DNA of 64,000 nt, from the NCBI GenBank assembly GCA_051942205.1, contig JAVECO010000057.1, positions 1-64,000 on the forward strand, in the 5' to 3' direction. This document shows, piece after piece, positions 1 through 13,783 of this stretch. This DNA comes from Coniocarpon cinnabarinum (lineage: Eukaryota). Position 1 is the stretch's first letter. Every line of letters starts with the position of its first letter. Both the position numbers and the translations under genes were made by a program. The notes under the pieces were generated by a model. The model was not told the DNA's origin, did not search any database, and saw only the letters and a list, made by a program, of their open reading frames with translations.

Positions 1-2965
1 ACCACCTCCTCCACCACCCTCTCCTTCCCCTTCCCCTTCGCCTTCGTCTTCACCACCTTCTTCTTGGACGCCCCCCGGGGTCCGATGACGCCGCGGCATC
101 GCTCCGCTCCGCAGAAACACAGCTGCGGGTCCCGATTGGGCTGGAAGTTGTAGTCGTATGTCAACTCTTCGCCCGTCAGGATTTCCCGACGGGCGAAGAG
201 TGCCATACGTGGCTTTTTGTCGACTACAGCCTTCCGCATTTCGCAGTTCGGGTCGCAGCTGTGGTTCACGAAGCGGGCGTTGGACCCCGAGGTGGCGTCG
301 ATGATCATGCCTTGTTCGAACTCCATTAGGTAGAAGTTCTGCGGTGTATTGGTCAGTCAAATGAGAACGGAAAGGAGCTCGACCAGAGCGCCGATGACAG
401 CGCGCACGACATACCTTGTTGTCTTTGTAGTCCTCGTTCATCCGCCGCTGGCACTCCCCCTCGGTGATGATCTCACCGGCGTATTCGAGGATGATTTGGT
501 CCTCCTCGAAGGACCGGGCGGCACGGACGCCAAACCCCTTCTTGGGGTAGGACACTACCTCTACCCCAATTTCGTATGCCGTCCCCTTGTCGTAGCGAGC
601 CCGGAGGTCGGCAAAGGCGCGGTTTCGGCAGTGCGCGGGACCGATGTTGCAGAGGTTGTCATCGCACTCATACATCATGGCGCGATTCAGACATCGGTCA
701 CCGCAGCCGTCCTCCGGCCTGCACAGACAAGGGGAGCGGGACATGTTGATCTTAGCCCTGGACACCTTACGTTAGCGTATGATTTCTCTTCAACGATGCC
801 ACACAATGCGTGAATTCCGGGTTGATGTGTTTGTTTGACATGTGCAAAGGGGTCCCCAATCCTGTGGCGTCTACCGTCTAGCATGGCAGAAGACGTGCAC
901 ATGCTATTGTACATTCTCCACATATAAGCAGCACGGCGACTGTGCAGCGCGCTTCCCTAAACACCACAAAAGGAACGACGAGAACGCTGTTGACAACTTA
1001 CCATAATTGAGCAGCTTCACCAACGAAGCGATTCTTGTTGATCTTCTTGAATGACTCGGGCTTGGGCTGGCCTGACGGCGATGGGTTGAAAATGTCGTAT
1101 GGTAGCTTGAACTCACGGAGACTGCTCATGAGCTTCTCACCATTGAACATGGGCATTGGTAAGGCGCTGTGGTCTTCTTTGGGGGCTTGTCCCTGCTTCG
1201 ATAGCTTCTTCAAGTTCTGCTCTGGGTTGAGCTTTGGGTCGTACCCACGGTGCTGACCGACATATAGACCTTGCTTGAGGTACTTCTTTCTTTTCGGCGG
1301 TTTGGGTGCGGCTGAGGGAGGCTCTTCTGGCTCTTTCTCCTCTTCGTCTTCCTCTGGCACTGCATCGATTTCTTCAACGGCAGCCTTGCCATGCTTCTCC
1401 TCTAATTTGCGCTTCTTGAGTGCTCGCAATTCTTCTTCGGGAATGTTGGGCTTCCATCCTTTAGGGAGGTTAAATTTGACCTCTAGTTCCTCAATCTGCT
1501 GCAGAGTCCAATTCTCGTCGATATGCAAGGTCTTCTTCTCCTTCGAGATGGCAGTCTCTTTCTTCTTCAATTCTGACTCAAGTAATAAGCGCTCACCCTC
1601 AGTGAGTCGCTGTCCATTCTGCTTCTTTCGCAAGAGCTTTTTGAGTTGCTGGCTGTCATGCTCAGAGTCCTCACGACTGCGCTTGCCCAAAACACTGTTC
1701 ACAGTTGTAGTGGCTTTGCTGGCAATTCGAGAAAGACGAAAGGGCTTTTCTGGCTGTGCGGCTTCTACCGCCTCTGCCTCGTTGTCGGTAAGTCTCATGG
1801 ACTTACGAGGACGGCCCGCATCATTGCTATGTGTGGATCTTGGTCCGTCTGGTTCGAATACTTCACGAGTACGCTTGCGAAGGTTGGTGATGGCCGAAGT
1901 GGTTTTCTCGACGGCGGCAGCAACTCGCGTTGATTTCTGTCGGGGCATGGTGTTGGATTCATCTACAGTGGTAGATTCGCTTTGGGATTTTGATTTCTTG
2001 TTGGATGCTGACTCGAGCCCCCGGTTGACGTCGGGTCTGTTGATGGTGGACTGTAGCAGTTGCTCAGTCGATGTTGAAGCGGTAGGAAGAGATGTGGTAA
2101 TGGACTCGATGATTTCCTCGTCGGAACCAATCGACTGTGACGATTCACCTTCGAGGTCTGAGCTGTGCTCGATGTCTTCGAATGAAGCCAGGTCTGGCTC
2201 TTCGGTTATTGGTTCAGAAGTAGTCATGTCTACTTCTGGAGAGGACTGCGACTGCGTGAAATCTTGATCAGCGCTTTCTGAGGATGCTGCTTCCTTTGCT
2301 TCCTCTGCCCTCTCCAAAGCAGCTTTTTCTTCAGCTTGCTTTGATGCAGTTTCTTCCCGGGACTTTTCCGGTCCGGCCGCTTCTTCTTCAGCAGCAGTTT
2401 TCTTCAATGTTGCCTCTTGAGCTTGCTTTATAGCAGCTTCTTCCTTGGCCTTCTTTGCCGCGGCAACTTTCTCTGCTTTTCTCTGTACGGCCTCCTTTTC
2501 TGCCTTTTTTGCTGCAGCTTTTTCTTGTTCTTCCCTAACCTTCTTGGCTCTTCGGTCGTCTTGCATTTGAGCCAGATAGAAAGCCCGCCGAGAGCGCTTT
2601 TGAGATGGAGAGAGCTTTCTGAATGCGGCGGAATGGAGGGTCGCCTTTGCGCGCTCCATGATGGACTGAGTGAAGCTTGGCTTTGGGGGCTCGACGAATG
2701 CAGTATTGGTGGTGGTGGTCGTTGACGACGATGCAGTCGTGACCTTGGCGGAATCCTTGGCGAAATCCTTATTGGGGGACATCTTTTTGACGAAGAAATT
2801 CGAAATGTCTCTGGTGAAGAAGGCGGTGGTGGAGCTACCGCTCGAGGAGCGTGATGAGGGGTTGGTAGAAGATCGAGAGTCGAGGGCGGAGTCGGTGTTT
2901 GTAACAGTAGTTGAGGTTGTGAAGACGGACGATTCGTCAATGTGAGTGTCTGGGAGACCTGCCAT
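1..2965 (-). CDS. ash1: ASH1-like SET-domain histone lysine methyltransferase (H3K36 type); 3' end lies beyond the window
   Basis: Exons about 2965-1002, 757-415 and 338-<1, with GT-AG introns 1001-758 and 414-339. Spliced translation gives a long low-complexity N-terminus, KKYLKQGLYVGQ/LPMPMFNG/FKLPYDIF motifs, AWS (CLCRPEDGCGDRCLNRAMMYECDDNLC), SET (KGFGVRA..EYAGEII..NARFVNHSCDPNC..GEELTYDYNF) and post-SET (CFCGAERCRG). Confidence 0.9.
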
Positions 2966-3780
2966 TGTATTCCGAAGAAGGTTGTGGAGGCTGGACACAG
3001 AAGAGTGCAGAGAAGTGGGAAGGAAAGTTGAGCAGAGCGTATTGTGTTTTCAAGAATTGGAGACGCGTTGCCGCTGGATTAGGACTAGTGCGACGACCTC
3101 TAACACACAGGGCTGGGAGAGCCAATCACGGCGAAGCAGCTGATGCAATGACGTGCGCTAGTGGCTTACTAGTGCCAAATGTGGTGGTCGGAGCTCTCCT
3201 CCAACGTCGCTGCAGGTGATCGAGGTGTGGCCAGCAGACGCTGACGAGCAGTGTTGTTCAACACATATGAACCTTGTCACTCGCGGATCCCAAAGGGTCA
3301 TTGCGATGGACCTTTGTCACTGCCATCCAATCGGCGTCCGGTTGCCACGGCTGCTGGCGGAATGCTCGGGCAAACAAAGCACGCAGCGCGGGGCATCCCA
3401 GCGGCTTTCTGAGGATACGAATGAATTACGTTTGCGTCGCCGAGAGGCAAACTAGGATATTCAACATTACTTCAACAGCCGCATAGAGGCGTCACTGTTC
3501 AACCAGACTGGTGGGTATTGTACACAAGTAAACCTTCCGACGCCTCGCTGTGAACGCATCCGTCAAAATTACCCAGTGCCAGTATGGTGTGATGACTGGC
3601 CGGATTATCCAAAGGGGAGGCAAAATATCGTGAAGCTGGGGTGGGCAGTGCGGCGCCAAGAGCTGCCGCGGTCATGGCTCAAACCCCGTCAAACGCCGCA
3701 GCCGCTGGGAAGCGAAGTGGCACATTCGGCGTGTTGCCGCTGGGCGTGAAACGAGACGGGGGAAGACTGATCGAGCTGTC

Positions 3781-5939
3781 CTACGAGCTCGGCGCAGGAG
3801 CCAGTCGTGCCTCGGGGAGCTGCTGCATCTCGACCTGTCCGCCGGTCGTCTCTCGGCTCCTGGTGTGCTCCTTCCTCCAAAATCCACGGCGATCTCCAAA
3901 GCGTTGATCCCCTTCCTGATATGCCTTCTTGAACTGCATCGCGCTGGGACCTCGAGGTCGAAATAAGACCACCACGAAGTTGCGCCAAAGGCTTTTCTGA
4001 TTGAACGGTCTATGCCTGTCTTTCTTGAGGAACTTGTTCGAGTTGAGATACTCACGCGTTGTTAAGCCGCGGCTGATGAGGAACCAGTGATATGCCCATA
4101 ATGCCGCTGGATACAGGAATATGATGATGCTGTAGAGAAACAGAAACATGGCAACCCCATTAGCAGCGGTCGCCCCGATGGCTTTTCCGAAGCCGATGTG
4201 GTTAATCTCGCGGTAATGTGCAATTTGGCCAACGCTAGATCCAAACATGAAGATGGCCAGAAATGATCCGCCACCGACGAACGAGAAGAAGTAACGATAA
4301 TTGCGGCGTCCGACACAATTGTTGAGCCACATGCAATGATGGTCCTGAGTGTCGATGCAGCTGTCACAGACCCGGCAGTGATGACACCGAGGGGGCCGCC
4401 AAATATTACAGGATGGGCAATATTTCACAGGGACCTCGAAGGCACCTGTATGCTCCGCACCGGACACGATACGAACCCAAGATGTCGTTGGAGGTCCCAG
4501 AGCAAGCGGATCTGTGCTGACATCTTCAGGCGGGAATGGGTGAAGATTGCGAGGCAAGATCTGTCGTAATCGTTAGCGTCACTGCTGCATTGGTTTGAAG
4601 ATAGGGTCAACTTACGCCCGGATCGGAGAAGCAGGCGTGGAAGAATGAGGACATCGTGATATAGAAGACATACGCAAAGACAATCGGTATCGCTGGAGAA
4701 ACATGATGCCAGAGCCATGGTGCACTGTACGCTGTCAGCATAGTCCACTGGAATGGCTAGCAAACGCGAGGTTTACCAGAAAATGAACCAGAGGACAGTG
4801 GGTATAACCACGGCACTTGCTGTAACCAAAACGATTGGCTTGTCTTTTGCTGTTTCTAGCCTGCCACCCAAGCAGAATAACGTGTTGCCATCAAAGTACT
4901 CCCAATTCTTCCCAAGTCCTCCTTTGTGTTTACCATAAGATGGCTTGCGTAGGCTGGTCGTATCCTGGCTAGAGAGCTTCTCATGACCATTCGCCTTCCC
5001 ATTCGACTGACCGCTTTGCCTTCTGAACGCTGACGCAAAACTCCTAGGACTGCGACTTGGGTTATGGTGTTGTTGATCGGGCGAATAATTTTTCTCTGGG
5101 TCCAAGATTGTGCTTTTTAGAGCCTGGTTCGAGTAATTGAACGAGTCCATGCTCTGGGCGGCATCGAAGTGGAAATTACCATTGATTAGTCCGCGATTCG
5201 TTGCGTGTGCGTGGGGATGCCACCCATGTCTGTCAGTAGTATCGGATCCCCTCGATGTTGGCGCTGCCGTGGCTCCATCATCAAAATACTGCGTATGTAA
5301 GCCCGCCGGACTCTTCGTCTTCGCCTGCTCTTGCGTAGCCTCGGTACTGTTTCGATGCGTGCGACTTTGCTCGTCGTCTTCATTGCTTTCTTGTGAGTCG
5401 TTGTGCGTATGTGTCGTAGCTGAGTGAGGGCGTGCTGCTCGTTGCGTTTGCAGACGTTGACTGCTCATAGGCAATGAGAAGCCCTGTGTCCGCAGCGAAG
5501 GCACGTGTGAGCGCGAACCGGTTGTGAAATTTGATCGTGTTCCCGTTGTCGGTCTCGATGCACCATCATTGCCGCTGTTCCCTTGACTCAAGCGCTCGCT
5601 GGTAAGAGTGTTGGTGAGGTCGACGGTCTGTGAGATTGCGGCATGTGCTGCGCTGGACTGAGCAGGCGGCAGACCCGTCTCAGCGGCGGTGGCTGATATA
5701 GCTGACGCGCTCGTGGGACTGTGAGGAGAATTTGAGGGTCGTGCAGGAGAGGCGTGATGGTGTTGCTGAGGTTGGGGGACATCGTTTTCAACAGGACGAT
5801 TGGAGGTTGAGTCGGGAACTGGATGAGGCTCCTCGCTTGCCAGGGAATATACTGTGGATTTACTCTCGCTCGCGGCAAGGTGGAGAGGAGCGGTAAAGGA
5901 CGTTCGAGAGGACCTGGAGGCCGCTGTTTCTTCGGCCAT
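3781..5939 (-). CDS. erf2: DHHC palmitoyltransferase, Erf2 type
   Basis: Exons 5939-4777, 4724-4616 and 4560-3781. Contains KNWEYFDGNTLFCLGGRL, SDPGILPRNLH, the Cys-rich domain KYCPSCNIWRPPRCHHCRVCDSCIDTQDHHCMWLNNCVGRRNYRYF and the TTxE motif (TTREYL). Confidence 0.93.
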
Positions 5940-6615
5940 TGGCAGAGCAAAAGACGTGTTTGAGACTCGTTTCAGTGTCGCATCACTGGAGCTCGAGACA
6001 GGGACATGAGATGAAGTCTGCTCTGCGGATCATGGTGCTGTCGAGAACCTGGAAGGGAGCTCTGGCAGGGAGTGGGTGTGCCTGAACCGCTTACATTGCG
6101 GAACAGGGGACCCTACGGTCGGGAGTGACGTGATGCTTGCTCCCGCCGGGGATGAGCGTTCAAAATGGAATCACAACGTCCCCCAAAACCGACTCTGAGA
6201 GTGTATAATGCAAGCTAAAGACGGTGGCGAATATAAGATGGAAATACGACGGAAAGAGAGATGGTGTATGGTCTGTACAGCAAATCGAGGACGTTTGAAT
6301 GGAGGTTCGGGGCCGGGCTTGCTCAATCTCCAACTTGATTAAGTCCAGATGGCGCGCCATACTCAATCGGGATAGCACTAGCACGGGGAGCCGTGAGCAC
6401 GGACTACATCCAAATTTACGTCCAAATTTACCTAATGAAGCCTAGGTACCTGGCCTCGCTGAACACGTGACTTAAGCGTAAGCCCGGCAAGGCGCTCCAG
6501 TGTCGCGCTTGGACCTGTGGCCGCATACAAGCACTGTAAGATAACTCCTTTGAACAGTGGACCTTCGCCATTAGCAGCCAAGAGCGTTTCTGCGCTGTCC
6601 CACGCCGTCGCAATC

Positions 6616-7173
6616 ATGGCTAGCATTTTGGGGAGATCTGCTTTCAGGGCTAGTCGAGTCCTTCGTCAGACCAGCGCCGATGCTAGTGAGGTTGCCAGCA
6701 AAAGACAAGCTGGCAATGACGTTCTGAACAAGGGTGCCAAGCGGGATCCTGAGCTCTACGTGGGTCGCCAGCGGACCTAATGACAAATCTGATGGCCGTC
6801 GATGCACTAACAAGGTGGATATTAGACGCTGGCCTTCATAATGACTGGAGCATTCGCACTTGCAGGGTTCTACTTCGGTATGCGTCTATCAAATCTTCTT
6901 GTGCACTTGAATAGCTCTCTAACACGTCCACTTTCAGCTCGCAAGCCCACTTCCTCATCTTCCGAGCAAGCCGTGAGCATGGTCGAAGGCAGCAAGCCTT
7001 GGGAGTCTGGCACGTCTGGCAAATATCAATACCACCCTGGAGGAGACCGATCACAGGCACCCAAGGACGCGCCATCTGCATTACACAGCGTCATCGTGCC
7101 GAACGTGAATCTACCGAAGCACCTGCACGAACAATTCAACAAATACGACAAAGAAGAGTTTGATGACTACTAG
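6616..7173 (+). CDS. Mitochondrial NDUFA4/MLRQ (B12D)-like small membrane subunit
   Basis: Exons 6616-6759, 6826-6877 and 6938-7173. Arg/Ser-rich presequence (MASILGRSAFRASRVLRQ), KRDPELY followed by a hydrophobic helix (TLAFIMTGAFALAGFYF), then PWE and KYQYHPGGD motifs. Confidence 0.75.
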
Positions 7174-8146
7174 AATGGCAGTGGGAGGGGGGCGGCAGGT
7201 GAAGGCTGGCTTCGACTGCTCGACCAAGCGACCGAGAACACATGTGCAGACTTCACTGAAGGAACCGTGAGAGTGCTTCAAGGCGGCAGCGACGCGATTC
7301 AGCCAGGGTGACCTGCAGAGGTGTACAATAGAGCATGAATAATGCAGAACCATAGATGGCGCGCAGTTCCGGCGTGATCGTCATCTTCTGAGATCCATCG
7401 GTCCAATCCAGTCGCTCTTTCTTGCAGCCTCAAACCGCAGCAAAGGACAGCAAAATGGTATTTGAAACCGAGTATTCAGGAACGGCCTGCTGTGGGCGAC
7501 GACGAAGGATCAGGTATGACTACACGCTGTCGCAGATCCTGATCTTGGGTGAATCTGGCTTGACGAGCCGAAAGTAGCTCGTCAACGCGTAGGTACCAAG
7601 GGCAAATGCGGACGTCATGGCCTCGAATGGCGTAACCCGCAGCGGTCGGCAGCCCCAACGCGTTCCGCTCTGAGGGAGATGTGGCAGAATGTCAAAGGAT
7701 TTGCGGTGCAATGTGGCCTTAAAAGCAGCCACTTGTCAATTTCCGGAATCCTTCGGATGGTCCTGGACGGGTCTCCGTGGATTGGCCCTCACCTTTACGA
7801 TCCTGTATACGCCGCAAGACCCTATGCAAAGATGGATTGAGTAAAGTTCCCGCCCCAACTTGGTGTCTGTTGGAGTTGTTGCCGTGACGTGGTGGGTGGA
7901 TATTGCAAAGGATTGCGAGACGTCCACTTGCATCCTCACAACATCGTGACGCGGAAGTATTCAAAAGAAAAACACACCTGGCGTTTTGCATTCCGGGTGG
8001 CCTGCTCAATATAAAGGCCGCAACAGACAATTGCCAGATTGTTGACCAGATCGCTAACACTTCCAAATCCTAGTCCCATCATCTGTCGCCGAAGCTTACA
8101 CAGCGTGACCCCTTGTCAAGCCCAACGTTAAACAACATCCAGCAAC

Positions 8147-8480
8147 ATGGTCAAACACAGGATTGGAATGCCCGTGCTAGTAGGAGGGCAGGGAGTAAGT
8201 CGCACCTGTGCTTGTTGAACAACAGCTTCTTCATGATTATGAACGGTCATGTCACCTTCTTCGCAACTGACGATAGGACCAGTTGTGGCATGAAGTATCC
8301 GAGGCTGGTCAATCAGGCGCTCAGAAGGCCGAAAGCACCGCCACCGACGCCGCCAGCCGGACCGGAAGCACCGTCAGCAATGGCGCCAGTGAAACCGGAA
8401 GCACCGTTAGTAGTGCAGGTAGCGAGGCCGGAGGCAAGGCTAAGGGTGTTCTTGGCAAAGTGGGCCTTGGAGGGAAGTAG
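8147..8480 (+). CDS. Small Gly/Ser/Ala-rich hydrophilin/LEA-like protein (about 83 aa)
   Basis: Exon 8147-8194, intron GTAAGT..CTGAC..TAG (8195-8276), exon 8277-8480 in frame. Repeated 11-aa units (ASRTGSTVSNG / ASETGSTVSSA / GSEAGGKAKGV). TATAAA upstream near 8010. Confidence 0.6.
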
Positions 8481-11400
8481 ACTTGAGAAGATGTGACAGG
8501 GAATTTCGGGTCTTTCAATGCAAGCCTTACTGGTGTCGTGACGAGAGACGAGCGATTCGCCGACACAAGACCTGATACCAGGGAGCTGGACCTCCTCAAC
8601 ATGATGTTTCTGATCAGTACGCGCACGCAATGAAATACCCTTTACTTGTTTTAAATCCTGCTGAGCTTTTGACTTTGATGTCCTAGAATGCGAACGCTTG
8701 TACTATGCCCATGATTTCGTCACTACCCAAGACCTGGTCATAGTTTGGATCGTTCAAGGTGCACCCATTAGCTTTCGCCGCGGCAACTGTGTCTCTGATC
8801 AGTGGGGCAATGACCAAGGTAGTAGATGAACCATGCTTTCGGATCAAATACGGCTTGGAATGCCAAAGCGGGAAGAAGTAGGCCCTGCTCTTCATGCAAG
8901 ACTGCGCATACCAAATACGAGCGCCGCTCAGTCTGGATATTACGGGAAATAGGCCATAGCTGAGTGATGGGATTATGGCTGCCGCTAGAGATTGGCATAA
9001 GTTAGGTCGTGCTACCAAAACGTACGAAACGCCAACAGAGGTCCCGTTCATTGAATACAACGATGTTGTGGACGTGGATCTAGCTGCTTGCAATGCTTAT
9101 CCTGGAACTTTGACAAGCTTCTCAGGTGACGCAATAGCGAGGCGAAGCCTCCACAGCAATTACATCAAGGTTTTTACTCCTCCAGCGCCACAGATTCTTA
9201 GAAGAAGTATTATGGGTCCACAGGAAAAGCTAAAAGAAAGGAGAATCGGTGTAATGGTCAAGCAGACTCATTGAATGGTAATGGCAAGCTATCAAGTGAA
9301 ACGCATTAATGACAGCATAGGGTCAACAGCTGGGTAAAGAACGCATTCAACGGCACAATCTGTGGGACAGCTTTGAACTTACTGAAGGGGAGCGGACGAC
9401 TTTACTGCTAAGCGACTGGGCTGAAGTACCTTTCCACCTAGATTAAACGCAAGAGCACAACCAGCCACGCGGGTCGCTTGCGACTCGTTGAGATTATTGT
9501 AAAACGTGTTAGGATGAGCGTTCTTCATCCTCTTAGGTCTGTTGCATGCTGCTGGTGACTCTTCTGCGGATCCCCAATACCACGAGCCAGTCTAATGATA
9601 GCTGGATTCCACATCTGAATGCTGTCGAGCTATGAAGTCGACTCTGAAACAGTGCTACGGCGTATATTGTTAACAGAGATCACCAGGGGCTTGTGCCACC
9701 AACGCAGGCGGTACATATAGGTGTGGATGTTGCTATACTATAGCATAATGAAAGCGCTCAAAACCGCATTGAAAGGCGGCATGAGGGGCTTGGGTGTAGT
9801 CGTTGACATTCCTGGCAATTCTCCGATGCTCGATAGATGCAGGCCTCTGACGATAACAAAATTCTAGCAAAGCATATAAAGGACGATGTGGATGAAGATA
9901 TGCTCAGGGAAGTTTCCCGAATTGACCTGCTGGCGAGCGAGGAGCGACCAAAATGCACGAGATAATCCTTACACGTCGCTCGTGCAGTACGCACGATTGA
10001 GTAGGCTATGCAGGCTGAATTGGAAGTGGGTGGTGGTGCAGAGGAAGAACCTAAAGAGGCGAAGTTGTCTTCTGCACTAGCGCCACGGATTTCGCCGCAC
10101 GCTAGGATGGATTATCATTCATGGCCCCATCCGTCACCCGTGTTGGTCAAGGATGAAACCGGCACGACCGGCTGAAACCTACTGAAACCTAAGCGAGCGG
10201 TGGGGCTGACACGCGGGGGCTGAAACAATCTCACCTGTCAGAACTCTTCCGTGGCAAACAGGCAACGTGTTCTGACATGTTTCGACGCTCGCCATTCCAA
10301 AGGTGCCTGGCGTGCTCAACAATCCCACTCGGGGCAGCACGTCATAGCATGGCCATGGTGAGATCTGATACCTGGTTTGTCGGTATTCCCACAAGGAGCC
10401 TTAACATCCTGTGAGGGCGGTAATGGTGATGTATAGCATTGTGCATGAGCCAACAAGATTGCTTGATTCTCCGGTCAGGTTGGAGGTGAGGCACAGCTGA
10501 CAAACCAGACAATTGGGGGCATCACTAAGCATCGGGATAGTTCTCTGGTTTTATCTTCTTGACAACTGTTCAGTCCAGGGGGGCGGCAAGCCGCCTCCCT
10601 GTCGTATGAACCTGATTTTCATCCGGTCATGAAACAGCAGGGGCCATCTCAGGTGCAATATTGGAGATTTCTTCGCGAAAGAGCCGCCGTGGCTGAAGCT
10701 CTCGTGTCTGATTATACTTTTGCGAGGCGCGCGCTTGCGGCATAGACGCCTTCTAAGCGTCCCCATTCACCTGTCATCTAAACCACTGGTAGCATTCGCG
10801 TCAGGTCGGTCGTTGCTTGAAACTTGCGTGATCCAAAACAGCGAGCCTGGGCGCCTTGTCGTCTGACAGCCGGTAAGGTCTTCTTGAATCCTTGGCCGAT
10901 TCCCAGAGCGCGTTTTGAGTGGACGGGTATCAATAGTTCTCGCGTTACAAGCGTTGTGTAGCTTGCCATAGTGTGCTGGCTTGTGCCTACAGAGCTGCAC
11001 AAAGAATCTGCATCGTCTTGCCTCTTCAATCACGGCATGCAATGCCTTGGCGGCCGTTTCAGACTCACGCGTTCCTGGATTTGTTAATTTCCAATTCTAG
11101 AAGTCGTACAGGAAGACCCGCGTTAGCAGATGTGCAGTGCGGTGACTGAGCTCTCACACGAGCTTGCTCGGGTGTAAGAAGCCTTTCACCTTGACAAAAG
11201 GCTCGCCTGGTGATTACGAGGCAAGCGTCATCCAGTTGCGATATGTTGTCAGCTTCGCATGAAACACCTCATCGTACAGCTTCAGCTCGGACAGACACTT
11301 TCCACAGATTTTTTTGTGCATTACCACTCTGTTCTTGCGTGCAAAGCTTGGGTGCAATACACGAACTCATGATTCAGCCAGCTCCGATTTGTGACATTCG

Positions 11401-13560
11401 TCAGGCAGTTAAAACGCCTCATTACTTCGCCGAATAGTGAATTAGCTTCTGTAAGACATTGCGCGTCTGTCAGATCTCGTAAGCCGTCTCACGTCTTTGC
11501 TTATGCACGCACAAAACCATCGTCTATCCATCACTGCAAAACTCAGGGTACCGCATTGACGCCTCTTGAGACTGTGTCAGCTTCGCATCTCGAACAAGCA
11601 CAGCAAGTATTTGCGGCATGCCAACGCTAACTCAACACACGGCATTAGCAGGTCATATTGCTCCAGCGGTCAACTAGGTTTGAGGCCAGGAGGGCATAAG
11701 CTTAATCTCGATCAAATGTTCAGAAAGTGTAGTGCCGCATCTCAATGTGTCTACGAGAGTCCGTCATCATTGAGACGTATGAGCTCAACGTAAGCCTTTC
11801 TGGCTAGAATATCTGGCCTCTCCTGTCAGTCACACTATAAGTGTCAGCATGAGTCGACGAGCACATCACTGCTAGCACTGCTGCATAACGGAATCTTGCA
11901 ATACCCACTATTATTCGAACTCGTTGGCTGTACATTCTCTTCATACTGCAATCATCTTTCCCCGTCTGCGAAGTCTCACGTGGGACCTATAATCGAACTT
12001 TCACAAGATGGGTGACGACCCGGATAACGACGGTCCTTGCGGATGCGTTAAATGCATCGTAAGATACCGTAACATTGGCGAAGATGATACATGACTGACA
12101 ACAGATCAGGCAAGCTGTGCTGCGTACCACGAGGTGAAGAAGAGGAAAGGGCCTTGCATGGGTTGCCTGGTCGCGATATTCTGTTTTTGCTGCTGGTCAA
12201 AATTTGCTGGTGACGACCCAGATGGTGACAACGGGGGCAAGGGTGATGACAGCGGGAGCGACAGCAGCGACGACGACAAAGAATAGCCAACGTCACTCAA
12301 TCGCGCGAGCTCAGAGCATCAGCGTGTCCCATCGACTTCGGCATTAGCATGAGCGTCAGTATTCAGCGTGGCAAGGTGACAAAACTTGATTAGGATACCC
12401 CAAAAGAATGCTTGCTACAAAAAAGCCGCTCATGTTATCATGTTGGCGTTGATCCCGTCCAGGAGAAGCAACAAGACTTTCCAATCTTGCATTCCATCGG
12501 CTCCGCGAAGTCTTTTCGTATGCAGGGGTGTGAAAAATTACAAGCCCTAGCTGACAGGAAGCAGGCAAGAGAAAAAACAATTGAAGCTGTTCCGTCTTTA
12601 CTGCTGCATGTGTGTAGATTAGCTGCTTCAGTAAGAAAGATACCCACATCTCTGACATTTGCGCGGTGTGCGTGTGTATTTGGATTCCCTAACTATGCGC
12701 GGTAGTGTTAGTAGGTCGTTCATTACGTTAGTAAATCAACAAAGACCGAGCGGACGTCGCTGGCAAGGCGTCCAAAGAGCTACGCCGCGCGGAGGATACA
12801 GTGCCTCAATAGAGTCATCTGATAGCGAGGGTTTCGCATGCAGCAGACGACGCGCGTGTGCGGCGGATCACCTCACCCTACGATGGAAAAGGAAAGGTAG
12901 GCAGAAAGGCGAGGCGAGACTCTGCCTCCCGGGCTGATCAACACGTGACTAAGAGACTAGCGGGACGAGGCGGCTTGGCTCCCGCGCACTGCCGAAGAAG
13001 TATAAGACCCCGACGCCAAGACAGGTGTTACGACGGTAGATAGCCCCTGCACAGTCACGGCATCTTTTGTCCAGTCCGCTGCGATCCGAGATCGGTGGGA
13101 TCGTTGCCATGACCAAGGACCGGCGATTGATCCATCAAGCTGTCAACTTGGCCAGCTTGGATCTCTGTCGGCCCCAAAAGACGTCTGTGGCCGATTCCAG
13201 ACCACACCATTGGACGAATTCCCACTCTCAAGCCAATCTGACCGGCTCCTAGCGGTCACATCATCTCGTCCTCGGCCTGCACCTCCCTCCTCGGGCAATG
13301 ATGATGATGACGGGTGCGTGCTCTGATCACCAGCTGATCGCACCCTGAAACAGACACTCTGTCCTCGATTTATGATTGCTTGTGGGTGAGCTCTGAGCAT
13401 ACGTGAAATGGCAACGTGTCTTGTTGGCCCTGCGCAATTCAACCGTATATATTTCTTGGCGACCCCTTGGGATATTATGCGTTTAATTGCTCTGCAGAGA
13501 TACGTTTTCAACTGATTTACAAACAAACTCATCACGGAAACTACATTTTCAACGGCTTAG

Positions 13561-13783
13561 TTCAGTGACCTCTTCAAGTCATGGGAAAAGTGAGTTTCAA
13601 GTCGTGCTATCACCAAATCACCGCTGACAAAGCTGGAAGAAAACGTGGGAGCTGATTGGGCTCGGCGCATGGTATGAGAGTCGCCAAGACAAAAAGGAGA
13701 AGAAGAAGAACAAGAAGGGTGGCTCAGACAATGGTAGTAGTGACGGAAATGGCGGAGACGGCGGAAGCGGCGACGGCCGATAA
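13561..13783 (+). CDS. Partial spliced micro-gene, Lys/Gly-rich (start codon unresolved)
   Basis: Exon 13561-13589 and intron GTGAGT..CTGAC..AAG (13590-13632) join in frame to FSDLFKSWENWKKTWELIGLGAWYESRQDKKEKKKNKKGGSDNGSSDGNGGDGGSGDGR*. The upstream exon was not identified. Confidence 0.4.

Noticed and set aside
758..1001. Cryptic exon in the long ash1 intron (KRAAQSPCCL resembles KINMSRSPCLC)
   Set aside because: The internal TTTAG acceptor joins in a different frame that reaches a stop, and the resemblance is too short.
1275..2267. 330-aa + strand ORF (likewise 349-813, 26998-27861, 33546-34316 and 43095-43730)
   Set aside because: Antisense shadows of well-supported genes with no independent motifs.
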